Assembly (NCBI GenBank): GCA_050633245.1
Contig: JBOEGD010000010.1
Coordinates: forward strand, 189,989 to 253,988
DNA: 64,000 nucleotides
Source: Calditrichia bacterium
Lineage (GTDB): Bacteria > Calditrichota > Calditrichia > RBG-13-44-9 > J075
Reading direction: 5' to 3'
Positions 47,460 through 56,632 of the stretch are shown piece after piece (the stretch's first letter is position 1; each line of letters opens with the position of its first letter). The notes under the pieces were generated by a model. It worked only from the letters and a program-made list of their open reading frames with translations, ran no database searches and had not been told where the DNA came from. A program made the translations under genes and the position numbers.

Positions 47460-48776
47460 CTACATGTTTAGCTTGCGCATACGCTGCTGTAAATTTTGGC
47501 GGGTTATGCCAAGGTGTCGTGCTGCGGTAGTGATATTTTTTTCATTTTCCTCCAGTGCCCGCAGAATGAGGCGTGTCTCTACTTCGCGCAGGTTGGCCGC
47601 TAAATTCAGTGCTTCTCGCTGTTCCTTCGGATTTACACCCTGAAGGGCCGCCGTTTTTTCCAAATCGCTGATGGTAAGGCGAATATCATAAGGACGAAGT
47701 GTCACTAATACTCCTAAAAGCAAGTTTCGCAGCTGCCGGACATTACCGCTAAACTGGCGCGCACAAAGCCATCGGCAAACTTCCTCAGTAAAGATGCTCT
47801 TCCAACCGGGAATTGTTGCAACCCAGGTTTGCTCGAGAATGTGCTTTGCGATTGTGATTACGTCAGAGGGGCGGTTTCGCAGTGGAGGCAAATTTAACTG
47901 GAGTGCATTTAAGCGATGAAATAGATCTTCTCGAAACTTTCCCTGCTGAATTTCTTTTCTCAATTCGCGATTCGTCAATGCGATTATTCGAATGTCTATT
48001 TTTTTCCGTTCATGACTTCCAACCGGCATAATCTCATTATTATCAATTGCTCTCAATAGCTTGGCCTGAAGATTGATATCGAGCTCACCTATTTCGTCCA
48101 GAATAAGTGTTCCACCATTGGCATAGGCAAAGTGGCCGGTTTTTGCCCGGCTTGCTCCCGTAAAGGCCCCCTTCATATGCCCAAAGAACTCCGAGTCAAA
48201 AAGTTGTGGTGAAATCGCAGCACAATTTACGACATGATATGGCCCCGACTTTCTGGAGCTAAACGAATGAATGTGACTTGCCAGTAAGTCTTTCCCGGTA
48301 CCCGTTTCGCCACAGATCAAAACAGGTTCTTCCAGAAACGCTATTCGCTTTGCACGCTGCATTATGTTTCGCATAGCGCGACTCACGGCAATAATTGGTC
48401 GGTTTGTATCGGGTTGTCCAAATTTTCGTGTTCGCGCGGCCAGAATTGTAACAATCCGTTGCGAAACTGTCTCAATCAATTGATTATCAGCACTAAGGTC
48501 ACCTTCGAGCTGATAGCTATTTTCATTGAGATTCGGTAACCTATGTGGACATGAAATCAGGATGATCATTTTGGGAAAGTGGTTGTTTATTAATTCAACC
48601 GCACAGCGTATTGGTGAGAAAGATTCACCAACAAGCAATACTGCCAACTTACCAGATAGCGAGGCCGGTTCCAGTTCCTCCAGAGAATAAAAATCTGCCT
48701 GAAAAGGATTTAGTAACTCAACATAGTCTTTTAAACTTTGACAATTCTCGGTGATGACAGCCATCCGAAATCTCAT
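47460..48776 (-). CDS. Sigma-54 enhancer-binding protein with degenerate N-terminal domain
   Basis: GETGTGKD, FFGHMKGAFTGA, LDEIGE, FREDLFHRLN, GNVRQLRN, Fis-type HTH; no intact REC motifs. Confidence 0.92.
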   Translation of the reverse strand: MRFRMAVITENCQSLKDYVELLNPFQADFYSLEELEPASLSGKLAVLLVGESFSPIRCAVELINNHFPKMIILISCPHRLPNLNENSYQLEGDLSADNQLIETVSQRIVTILAARTRKFGQPDTNRPIIAVSRAMRNIMQRAKRIAFLEEPVLICGETGTGKDLLASHIHSFSSRKSGPYHVVNCAAISPQLFDSEFFGHMKGAFTGASRAKTGHFAYANGGTLILDEIGELDINLQAKLLRAIDNNEIMPVGSHERKKIDIRIIALTNRELRKEIQQGKFREDLFHRLNALQLNLPPLRNRPSDVITIAKHILEQTWVATIPGWKSIFTEEVCRWLCARQFSGNVRQLRNLLLGVLVTLRPYDIRLTISDLEKTAALQGVNPKEQREALNLAANLREVETRLILRALEENEKNITTAARHLGITRQNLQQRMRKLNM

Positions 48777-48789
48777 TGTTGTCTCCCTA

Positions 48790-49269
48790 TTACTTCCTCA
48801 GCGTAATCCAATCTGTCTTTTTTCCTTTTTTAATACCAAGTTTCTCAGGGTGAATAGCGATAACTTTTATGTTAAAAATTGTGTCACCAACTGCACAAAA
48901 ACCCGTACGCTCGTTTTCCCCTTCTACGATGGCCAACAATCCATTATCCCCCTCCATAAATCCGATGTATTGCACATGAGGCATCCTCACTGGTGGCAGA
49001 GGCTTAGGCCGGGGCTTTTTGATACGGACCGCCTTTTTCTTTGATGGGTAAAACGGGCTTTTCACTTCAGAAATACGCCGAAGGAACGCTTCTTCACTAA
49101 GAAGTACAGGCTCGTTAATATTATTTCTCCGCAAATTATCCTGAAGAGCAACTTCCTCCTCTGTATGAACCTCCAACCCCTGATATATCCGCAACCCCAC
49201 AATTCCCCAAATAATCAGAGATGCAGTAAGCAGTAGGATCGTCGTTCCCCGCTTAACCGTTGTCCTCAT
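48790..49269 (-). CDS. GspC/PilP-like assembly-platform protein (putative)
   Basis: N-terminal TM, SPF motif, Pro/Lys-rich linker, YIGFMEG...LAIV...VGDTIFNIKVIAI beta domain; operon position. Confidence 0.65.
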   Translation of the reverse strand: MRTTVKRGTTILLLTASLIIWGIVGLRIYQGLEVHTEEEVALQDNLRRNNINEPVLLSEEAFLRRISEVKSPFYPSKKKAVRIKKPRPKPLPPVRMPHVQYIGFMEGDNGLLAIVEGENERTGFCAVGDTIFNIKVIAIHPEKLGIKKGKKTDWITLRK

Positions 49270-49825
49270 TCTTGCCTCGTTTATGTATAATTACATCAAG
49301 ATCCAGTTCGAACTTTGTCTTGACGCTGCCTTTCCTGATTATCTGCTGGGAGAATCGCCGAATCTGATAGTTACTTCCTTTCGATTCAAGTACAAAAACA
49401 AGCCTGCTCACCTGCTTGAAACTACCTGAGGCCTGAAGTTTTATCGGCAGCAGAATCAACCGGCCCCGAAGCTGCGGTTTTTCAGGCTTCAGGACAACCA
49501 ACTCGACTCCGCATCTGCGAATTTCTTTGGTCAATGCTTCTATAATCTCGCCCTGATTAGTAAAGTCAGTCAGGCGCGTTTTCATAGAGTCTACCTGAGC
49601 ACGCATTGTCTTATTCCTTTGCCTGAACTGTAAAATAGAATTATTCAAAACCTCAGGTGATGTCTGAAGCTCCTGTTCATTGACAACAGACTTGCGCAAT
49701 TCATACAATGCATCAACCTCCCGAAGCAGTAATCTACTGCATACAAGAATGACCACAATTAGCATGCAGACAGGCCAATAAACGTTGTATTTAGAGTATT
49801 GCAAGAACAACCTCAAAGTAGACAT
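49253..49825 (-). CDS. PilO/GspM-like protein
   Basis: TM, coiled coil, LPIKLQASGSFKQVSRLVFVLE motif. Confidence 0.75.
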   Translation of the reverse strand: MSTLRLFLQYSKYNVYWPVCMLIVVILVCSRLLLREVDALYELRKSVVNEQELQTSPEVLNNSILQFRQRNKTMRAQVDSMKTRLTDFTNQGEIIEALTKEIRRCGVELVVLKPEKPQLRGRLILLPIKLQASGSFKQVSRLVFVLESKGSNYQIRRFSQQIIRKGSVKTKFELDLDVIIHKRGKNEDNG

Positions 49826-51068
49826 ATCCGTTATGGTAGTTTTCCCGCTTGATTCTGCCGCGGAATTCCGATTTAGTAAGCAGCTGCTTTAACTCGATGC
49901 CGCTGACCATGAGAGTTGATTGGAAATTGTTTAGTAGCAATGCGACTTTCTCATCTCCTTCAGCGTATCCGGAGAAGTTCCAGCTTGCCTCCTCCCGCTC
50001 ATTTATTATCTGGGAAAACCATACTCCCTTCGGCGTGATTTCGGCAAACTGCAAAAGCTGTAAAGCTGTAAAAGAAGATGGGATCGCCAGAGAATCAAGA
50101 ATATGCTTGTGCCCACGTAACTCTTGATTCGACCGTTTTAGACTCACCAGCTCGTTTTTCTGCCCTATCAAATTTATATTTTGGGTCTGAAGTTTCAGCT
50201 GTAGATCAGAGTAATAATAGACGGCTCCCGCAATAGCCCCATACATAATCAGTGTTAACATGCCCAGAAGCAGAATACCGCGAAACGCGAGATACTTGAT
50301 CAACACCGTTTGGTCAGCTTTTGTCACCTCACCCTGACGCAGATCTATTTCTGAGGAATCTTTGTTTAATAATGTTAGTGCAGCACCAAAGGCAGCTTGC
50401 TGTGAATCTTTCAGAGGTAAGTCATGAATCCGGCACAACGATGCGCCATATTTGTCTTGTACGCCACTTACTGCATTCTGCTCATCAAGAAGACCTAGCG
50501 TGCTCTCTTCCTTATCACTTAATATCAACTTCCAATACCCCTCAGGGCTGGATGTGCTCAAGCGGGCATCCGAAAGAGAATAATATTTTGTTAACTGATT
50601 AAGTGCATTTAATCGGCTAAACAAGTGCGATCGCTCTGTTGGTATTCCATCCGGGAATTTCGCCAGGCTTCCCAAGCGCCAAAAGGTTATCAGATCAGTT
50701 TCTTTATTCAGAAGCACCTTAATGAAATCAATGTCTGGCTGCTCATCGACCGAAGCACCTCCCAATTTCATTTCCTCTTCAGACATATTACCCGAAAGCA
50801 TATAATGCGTAGCCGATGAGGGCGCGAGAACAGCAATATGAGCGACGTTTCTAAGAAATTCGTCCAGCTTTTGTTCTTTAAATTCGGCCAAAGAAATGCA
50901 ATAACAACGCTGCTTCACGATACAAAATCCACTGAATGTCTTTCTCAGTGTTACAATGCAAATCTCTGAATCAGTTGCGTCGATTCCAACAAACAGATCA
51001 CCGGGAAATGACACCTCTTTCAGGAAACTTAAGGTCTTTTCTACAAACTCCGTGAGTTGCTCCCTCAT
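49791..51068 (-). CDS. PilM/PilN (GspL-like) fusion-type protein
   Basis: Degenerate actin-like start FVGIDATDSEICIV, one TM, coiled coil, PilN motif ITPKGVWFSQI...FSGYA. Confidence 0.7.
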   Translation of the reverse strand: MREQLTEFVEKTLSFLKEVSFPGDLFVGIDATDSEICIVTLRKTFSGFCIVKQRCYCISLAEFKEQKLDEFLRNVAHIAVLAPSSATHYMLSGNMSEEEMKLGGASVDEQPDIDFIKVLLNKETDLITFWRLGSLAKFPDGIPTERSHLFSRLNALNQLTKYYSLSDARLSTSSPEGYWKLILSDKEESTLGLLDEQNAVSGVQDKYGASLCRIHDLPLKDSQQAAFGAALTLLNKDSSEIDLRQGEVTKADQTVLIKYLAFRGILLLGMLTLIMYGAIAGAVYYYSDLQLKLQTQNINLIGQKNELVSLKRSNQELRGHKHILDSLAIPSSFTALQLLQFAEITPKGVWFSQIINEREEASWNFSGYAEGDEKVALLLNNFQSTLMVSGIELKQLLTKSEFRGRIKRENYHNGYVYFEVVLAIL

Positions 51069-52942
51069 TGCCTCTCCCCTCCCGGCAACCAATCTTCTGT
51101 ATACAAAAGGTGAGGTGTTACGTAAATAATTAACTCACTTTTGGCTTTTGTTCTGCTGGTATTGCTAAACAGCTTTCCAAGCAGTGGAATGCGGCCAAGC
51201 AAGGGCACCCGGCTGACACTTTCAGAATCGATTTCCTGAATTAATCCGCCCAGGACAATCGTCTCCCCATCGCGGAGACGAACAGTTGAGCTTAGACTGC
51301 GACTCTGAATATTGGGTGGCAAACTCGGGTCGAGTTGTTCGCCGGGTGTATTGAACTCAGGATAAATTTCAACAGTGATTTCCCCTGACGCACTTACCCA
51401 GGGAGTTACCTTAAGCGAAATATTTATTTCAATAGTTTGAAATCGTTCCGTCGTTTGTAGAAAGACTTGTGATGGGTCGCGAAGTGGTGTTTCGGAAATG
51501 AGTTTATAGTATTGAGTTTCTCCAACCTTCAGCTCAGCACTATGGCCATTAAGAGTAGATATTTGCGGGCGAGAGCGAACTTTGGCTTTGCCGGCACTTT
51601 CCATTGCACGAACCCGCAAATAAAAGTCCTCCGGAAGCTTACCAATGTTCACTCCCGTGAGAGCCTTATCGAGTTTCCCCAAATACTTGTTCGCGACCGA
51701 ACCATTCCAGAGGAAGTCGATACCTGGAATCCAACCGTCTCCCCTTGCACGCGTAGAGTCGCCATAATCTAGCCCGGCCTGCACTGAGAACTCATAACTA
51801 TCCGAGACGGTATAGTCCACCACAAGCGCTTCAAAAAACACTTGTGGTATCGGATTATCAATTTCCTTAAGAATATTCTTAATTTGCATAATGACATCAG
51901 GAGAGCCGTTTACCAGCAACGCATTATGTTCGGGTACAACCTTTATGTCTGATGATGCCGTTACCTTATTCGGTAAACGTTCGATAACACCATCAACTTT
52001 GAGATGATTCAGCCGAAAAAGCCGAGATGTTTGCATGCTCCGTGCATCATTCTTGGCAATAAGATACAGGTTTTTCTTGCGTCGCCAACTAAAACCCGTT
52101 TCCAAAAGTACTGTTTGCAGGCATTCCTCCAGAGTCGCGTCGGTCAGGTTGAGAGTAAGGGAGCCCTGGGGCTCACCGATAATCGACAGGCTTGCTTTTT
52201 CTGTTGAAGCCAATTCACTGAGCACTTTTGCAATTGGAACCTTTTGCGCCTGGATACTTATTCGCCCATCTTTCTTCTGAACCCATAACCCCCTACCCGG
52301 CTCTTTTTTGTCGATAAACATCCGCTCTATCAACCAGGCTTTTCCGTTGCGATTTAAGCGTAATCCATTCGTGCGCATGAGAAGAGTTAATCCCTCTTCA
52401 AAGGGTAAGTTGGTAATCTTTCCGCTGATTGAACCGCTAATAGATTGGTCCGCAAGAATGGTATATCCGGTAGAATCTGCTAATCTCGCCAACACCAACT
52501 TTAGTGGCTCATCATCTACATCCACAGACAAATGTTCATTTCGCCAGTTGATTTTGCAGTTCGGTTCAGGTATCGGTTGTATTTCCGGCATAACGGTTAA
52601 GACACCGTTTTCAAACTCGAGTTGCAATCCATGCCGTTTGGCGATGTGAGTAAGCACATCAATAATCCGAACGTCTGTTAACTGCGTCGTAATCTTTGCA
52701 GCAACCTCCGGACTTACAAATACGTTCAGATGATACTGTTTGGCAATTCCGCGAATGACATCTCGAATATCAGTACTGCGGAAATCCACTGACTTGATTT
52801 TCTCGAAGTACGCTGCCGGCACACCAGACAAACTGCTATCGGCAAGGCTGTCCGCCTCACCAAATGCAGATGCGCGTCCCAGAAAGAGTAGAATCAAAGA
52901 TAAAATCACTAAGAATTTTAGACGCATGGCAAGTGGGCTCAT
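51065..52942 (-). CDS. gspD: Secretin (GspD/PilQ family)
   Basis: SVDFRSTDIRDVIR, NALLVNGSP...IDNPIPQV, SRPQISTLNGHSAELKVGE, VRLRDGETIVLGGLI, VPLLGRIPLLGKLF, ELIIYVTP. Confidence 0.95.
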   Translation of the reverse strand: MSPLAMRLKFLVILSLILLFLGRASAFGEADSLADSSLSGVPAAYFEKIKSVDFRSTDIRDVIRGIAKQYHLNVFVSPEVAAKITTQLTDVRIIDVLTHIAKRHGLQLEFENGVLTVMPEIQPIPEPNCKINWRNEHLSVDVDDEPLKLVLARLADSTGYTILADQSISGSISGKITNLPFEEGLTLLMRTNGLRLNRNGKAWLIERMFIDKKEPGRGLWVQKKDGRISIQAQKVPIAKVLSELASTEKASLSIIGEPQGSLTLNLTDATLEECLQTVLLETGFSWRRKKNLYLIAKNDARSMQTSRLFRLNHLKVDGVIERLPNKVTASSDIKVVPEHNALLVNGSPDVIMQIKNILKEIDNPIPQVFFEALVVDYTVSDSYEFSVQAGLDYGDSTRARGDGWIPGIDFLWNGSVANKYLGKLDKALTGVNIGKLPEDFYLRVRAMESAGKAKVRSRPQISTLNGHSAELKVGETQYYKLISETPLRDPSQVFLQTTERFQTIEINISLKVTPWVSASGEITVEIYPEFNTPGEQLDPSLPPNIQSRSLSSTVRLRDGETIVLGGLIQEIDSESVSRVPLLGRIPLLGKLFSNTSRTKAKSELIIYVTPHLLYTEDWLPGGERQ

Positions 52943-53110
52943 TTTCTTTTCATAATCTTTTATGTTGAGGCGAATAACTGTTCAGTTAGTTTTATGTTAT
53001 TGAACTTCTAATACTCGTTTCAATCTGATATTCTTATAAACGATGAAAATTCTCAAAAAAAATTTCAAAAAATTAAAAAAAAGTTTGACTTTTAGAAAAA
53101 AATCAAACAT

Positions 53111-53551
53111 ATGTTAAATATGAACATTTTTTCCAAACATGCGCTGGGCAGTAAAATAAAATTGGTTATCAAAAATTCTCCGTTTACGCAGAAAGTATTA
53201 GCGAAGGACTTAAAGATAACTGAAACGACCCTTTCAAACTATGTAGCAGGCAGGCGGCTCCCGGACGCTCAGCTAGTTGCAGGTTTGGCAAAACTCTGCA
53301 ATGTCAGTTTAAATTGGCTATTGCTAGGAGAAGGCGACATGTCATTGGAGAAATCGATCCACCCAGCACCGCACCAGGAATTTATCGAGCAGTTAAAGGA
53401 AGAGGTAGAAATGCTTCGCGCTCAAAACAATCAGCTATTAGAGCAGCTAATTAATTTGACATCGACGAGCAGTAAACAGGATAACAAACTCAAGACTCTT
53501 GAAAAAGATGTTCAGATCATAAAGCAGAAGCTTGATAATGAAGATACTTAG
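53111..53551 (+). CDS. XRE-family HTH regulator with C-terminal coiled coil
   Basis: TQKVLAKDLKITETTLSNYVAGRRLP, VSLNWLLLGEGDM. Confidence 0.9.
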   Translation: MLNMNIFSKHALGSKIKLVIKNSPFTQKVLAKDLKITETTLSNYVAGRRLPDAQLVAGLAKLCNVSLNWLLLGEGDMSLEKSIHPAPHQEFIEQLKEEVEMLRAQNNQLLEQLINLTSTSSKQDNKLKTLEKDVQIIKQKLDNEDT

Positions 53552-54896
53552 GGCTAAGCAGTCTTTGAATGACAAAGGTTCTGCGCTTAATGCAGTTCTA
53601 ATGCTTTCATTGCTTGTAAGCCTCACGCTACTAATTTTTCTTAGTGTGTATGTCCGACAGTTTCACTTTGCAAATTCGACTCTTCGAGGAACCCAAGCGC
53701 ACTATCATGCGGAAAGCGGCATCATTGAATGGCTTCATGCAATGGAAAATTATCAGACAGGCTCCCAGCAAAACACATTACAATCGACTCTTCTGCTATC
53801 ATGTGGAGACAGCATTGCAATATCCTCACTGCGCTGGGGAGTCTTTCAACGGGTTTATTCTCGCGAGCATAAAAATGCCAACGGCATTCGCGCTACAATT
53901 GGCTACGCATATGCCAAGCAATTTAATGCCAGTTTGATTGTCCAACCTCTCAATCAGTCGCTGATAGTCTGTGAGGATACACGACTTTACGATCGTGTTA
54001 TCTGCGGACCACAAGGAGTTCGCGCACAACGCTTGCAAGGTGTACCCTATTCCGGAGAAAAACCTGTATATGGCAAACTTTATAAATCTACCCTGGATCA
54101 TCGCCCAAAAGTCCGTCATCAACAACTAAAAGATATTGTGCGGCATTATCGTAAGGGCATTTCAGATTGGCAACACATACAGCTACAAAAGAATGCCATA
54201 AGCCCCGAGAATGTCATTCAACTACCTCAATCCAAGGTGCTATATAAGACGGATCAACTTATTGATTCAAAATCTCCTTTAACCATTATAGGCCCCGGGA
54301 AATTGCTGGTTACAGACGCTTCATTTTTTGAGCAAAAATTAAAGATAAGAAATGAGGTTGAGGTTTTGATTTCAGCAAGATGTCGAATTGGTTCCAACGT
54401 TGAATTACAGAACGTTATACTCTTCTCGACACTGCCATTAAGTCTTAAAGATGTACAAGCGAGCCAGCTCCAGATTATCTCAACAAATGAGGTAATAGTT
54501 GAAGGAAACAGCTCTCTCGGTGAAAATTCGGTTGTACTTTCAATTCCTGATGAAGATGGAATCGGTATTTCAATTCGTGATCGAGTTGCTATTTCGGGAA
54601 GCGTATGCCTGGTAAATAGCAATAACAATCCGGCTGCTTGGAACAACACTATCCAGATTACGCGGAATGCAAGGGTAGAAGGACTGGTCTTCAGCGACTG
54701 GCTATTAAATTTGGGAGGAACAGTAAATGGATGCACTATAGCTAGTCGCTTTCATTTTTATAAATCACCTACTCACTTCTATAACTGGATTCGCAACGCC
54801 ACTATTCGTCAAAGCTCCGAAGCTCTTAGCGGTATTCCTCTTTTTTTCGATTTACCGGACAGCAATCGCGCCGTTGTTTACCGGGAGGAATTATGA
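53538..54896 (+). CDS. GspK/PilX-like large minor pseudopilin with beta-helix-like C-terminus
   Basis: KG|SALNAVLMLSLLV (no Glu5), QAHYHAESGI; repeated V/I/G beta segments (ARVEGLVFS, GGTVNG). Confidence 0.75.
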   Translation: MKILRAKQSLNDKGSALNAVLMLSLLVSLTLLIFLSVYVRQFHFANSTLRGTQAHYHAESGIIEWLHAMENYQTGSQQNTLQSTLLLSCGDSIAISSLRWGVFQRVYSREHKNANGIRATIGYAYAKQFNASLIVQPLNQSLIVCEDTRLYDRVICGPQGVRAQRLQGVPYSGEKPVYGKLYKSTLDHRPKVRHQQLKDIVRHYRKGISDWQHIQLQKNAISPENVIQLPQSKVLYKTDQLIDSKSPLTIIGPGKLLVTDASFFEQKLKIRNEVEVLISARCRIGSNVELQNVILFSTLPLSLKDVQASQLQIISTNEVIVEGNSSLGENSVVLSIPDEDGIGISIRDRVAISGSVCLVNSNNNPAAWNNTIQITRNARVEGLVFSDWLLNLGGTVNGCTIASRFHFYKSPTHFYNWIRNATIRQSSEALSGIPLFFDLPDSNRAVVYREEL

Positions 54897-55249
54897 CCCT
54901 GCAAGATGAAAAAGGATACACTCTGATAGAGGTACTTACAGCGTTGGTATTGCTCTTCCTGATACTCACCCCAACCACTTACGTAATTACCAAGCTAATA
55001 ACCGGTGCTGATATCGAGGATAGAAGAAATGCCAATATTATTTGTATCAATACCGCAGAGAAGGCTCTCCTAATGGGCGAGACCGGCTCTGCTGAGGAGA
55101 ACTATCTGTTCAAGGGCAGGCGCTATCAAATTCGGAAGAAGCTGGAATCAAAGAGAGAAGGCTTGCAGCTTTTCTCTGTGACCGTCTCGCGCCATAAGCG
55201 CATACTAAGTGAACTACACCACGTCTTACCTGCTTTGGAGGAGCGATAG
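54893..55249 (+). CDS. Minor pseudopilin (GspI/PilV-like)
   Basis: KG|YTLIEVLTALVLL. Confidence 0.85.
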   Translation: MTLQDEKGYTLIEVLTALVLLFLILTPTTYVITKLITGADIEDRRNANIICINTAEKALLMGETGSAEENYLFKGRRYQIRKKLESKREGLQLFSVTVSRHKRILSELHHVLPALEER

Positions 55250-55770
55250 TGAACTCGTTATTAATTGAGTATCAGAATCATCCGATCAGAAATGAAAAGG
55301 GGTATACGCTAATCGAACTTTTAATCGCTATGCAGCTCGCAATGATGATAATCGGCCTTGCTGTTTGGGGATATGGGTTTACGACAAAAGTTTTAAATAA
55401 GTGGCAACAGAATGTTGTAAGTCAAATTGAACTGATCCGCCTTGAAAATTCAATTCGTATTCCTTTAAATCGTATTCTGATAATTAAGCAAGCAGATGAA
55501 CGTTTCCTGGCCGGCCAAACGTGCGACGGATCAAAAATTATAATTAAACACGATACCTCAAGTTTGCAATTTAACAGCAAAGTTATTACGGGAATAAAGA
55601 AGCATAGAATACGCTATCATCTCGGAAACAATAATGACATCACTATGGTGGAAAGTGTTCCAAAAGCCTGGTTAAAACACATTCGGGCCATAGAAGTTGA
55701 GTTGCATCCTACTTTAGAAAACGCAAAGCCCATTCGTTTCTTACAGAGAATAAAATGGGGTAAAATTTAA
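55249..55770 (+). CDS. Minor pseudopilin (GspJ/PilW-like)
   Basis: KG|YTLIELLIAMQLAMMII. Confidence 0.85.
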   Translation: MNSLLIEYQNHPIRNEKGYTLIELLIAMQLAMMIIGLAVWGYGFTTKVLNKWQQNVVSQIELIRLENSIRIPLNRILIIKQADERFLAGQTCDGSKIIIKHDTSSLQFNSKVITGIKKHRIRYHLGNNNDITMVESVPKAWLKHIRAIEVELHPTLENAKPIRFLQRIKWGKI

Positions 55771-56543
55771 AAAAAGCCAAGTATATGCAACAACTCAGAC
55801 TCACTGGGGAACAAAAGTAATATTGTGGATGCGCACAAAAAACTTCCGAACGGTAGTTCATTATTTATTCTCTTCTTGTCATATAGATAGGTAAGCCCAG
55901 CATATAACAGTCCCAGAGTTGATGCTAAAAAAAGCGATGCTAAGAAACCAGATATTCCCAGCGCCATTCCGATAACCATGCCCAATTTCACATCACCTAA
56001 ACCCATGCTCTCACGACCCAAACAATAATTTCCTACTCGCCTTATCAGTAGTAGTAATGCTGAAGCCATGAAGCCATCTAATAAACGTACCGCAAACTGA
56101 TCTTCGACAAACCCCTGAATCAACAAGATGACGCCTGCCGTCGCTACCAGAAAATTCGGGATTCTATAGTGTTGCCAATCAATCACGAGAATCGTAGCGA
56201 GGACTGAACCAATAATCAGAACCGACAAGGCCTGCAAGGAGAATCCAAAATAAATCACAGTGATGGTAAAGAACATGCCGGAAAAGAGTTCAACGAGAGG
56301 ATATTGAACTGAGATTTTCGATCTGCAGCTTGCACATCGCCTACCGAGTAAAAAATAACTCAAAATAGGAATGTTATGGAATGCCGAAATAGCATGGGTA
56401 CATACCGGACAATAAGATCGCCTCGGATTCAGTAACGAAATCCCACGAGGAATGCGATAGATACAGCTATTTAAAAAACTGCCAATCAGCAGTCCTAAAA
56501 TAGCAACAGATAAGAGGATAAGTTCAGGCGCGACTTTAGACAT
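55767..56543 (-). CDS. pilD: Prepilin peptidase/N-methyltransferase (A24A)
   Basis: GSFLNSCIYRIP, SYCPVC..NIPILSY..GRRCASC, YPLVE, IDWQHYRIP, MGLGDVKL, LPFGSFL. Confidence 0.96.
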   Translation of the reverse strand: MSKVAPELILLSVAILGLLIGSFLNSCIYRIPRGISLLNPRRSYCPVCTHAISAFHNIPILSYFLLGRRCASCRSKISVQYPLVELFSGMFFTITVIYFGFSLQALSVLIIGSVLATILVIDWQHYRIPNFLVATAGVILLIQGFVEDQFAVRLLDGFMASALLLLIRRVGNYCLGRESMGLGDVKLGMVIGMALGISGFLASLFLASTLGLLYAGLTYLYDKKRINNELPFGSFLCASTILLLFPSESELLHILGFF

Positions 56544-56632
56544 TATGCGAACTCCGGCTGGTGACCAACGACTTTTTAGTCTCTGTACCGGTATATTCGC
56601 AGGAACGAAAGAAATTTTGAAAATTAGCGAAA

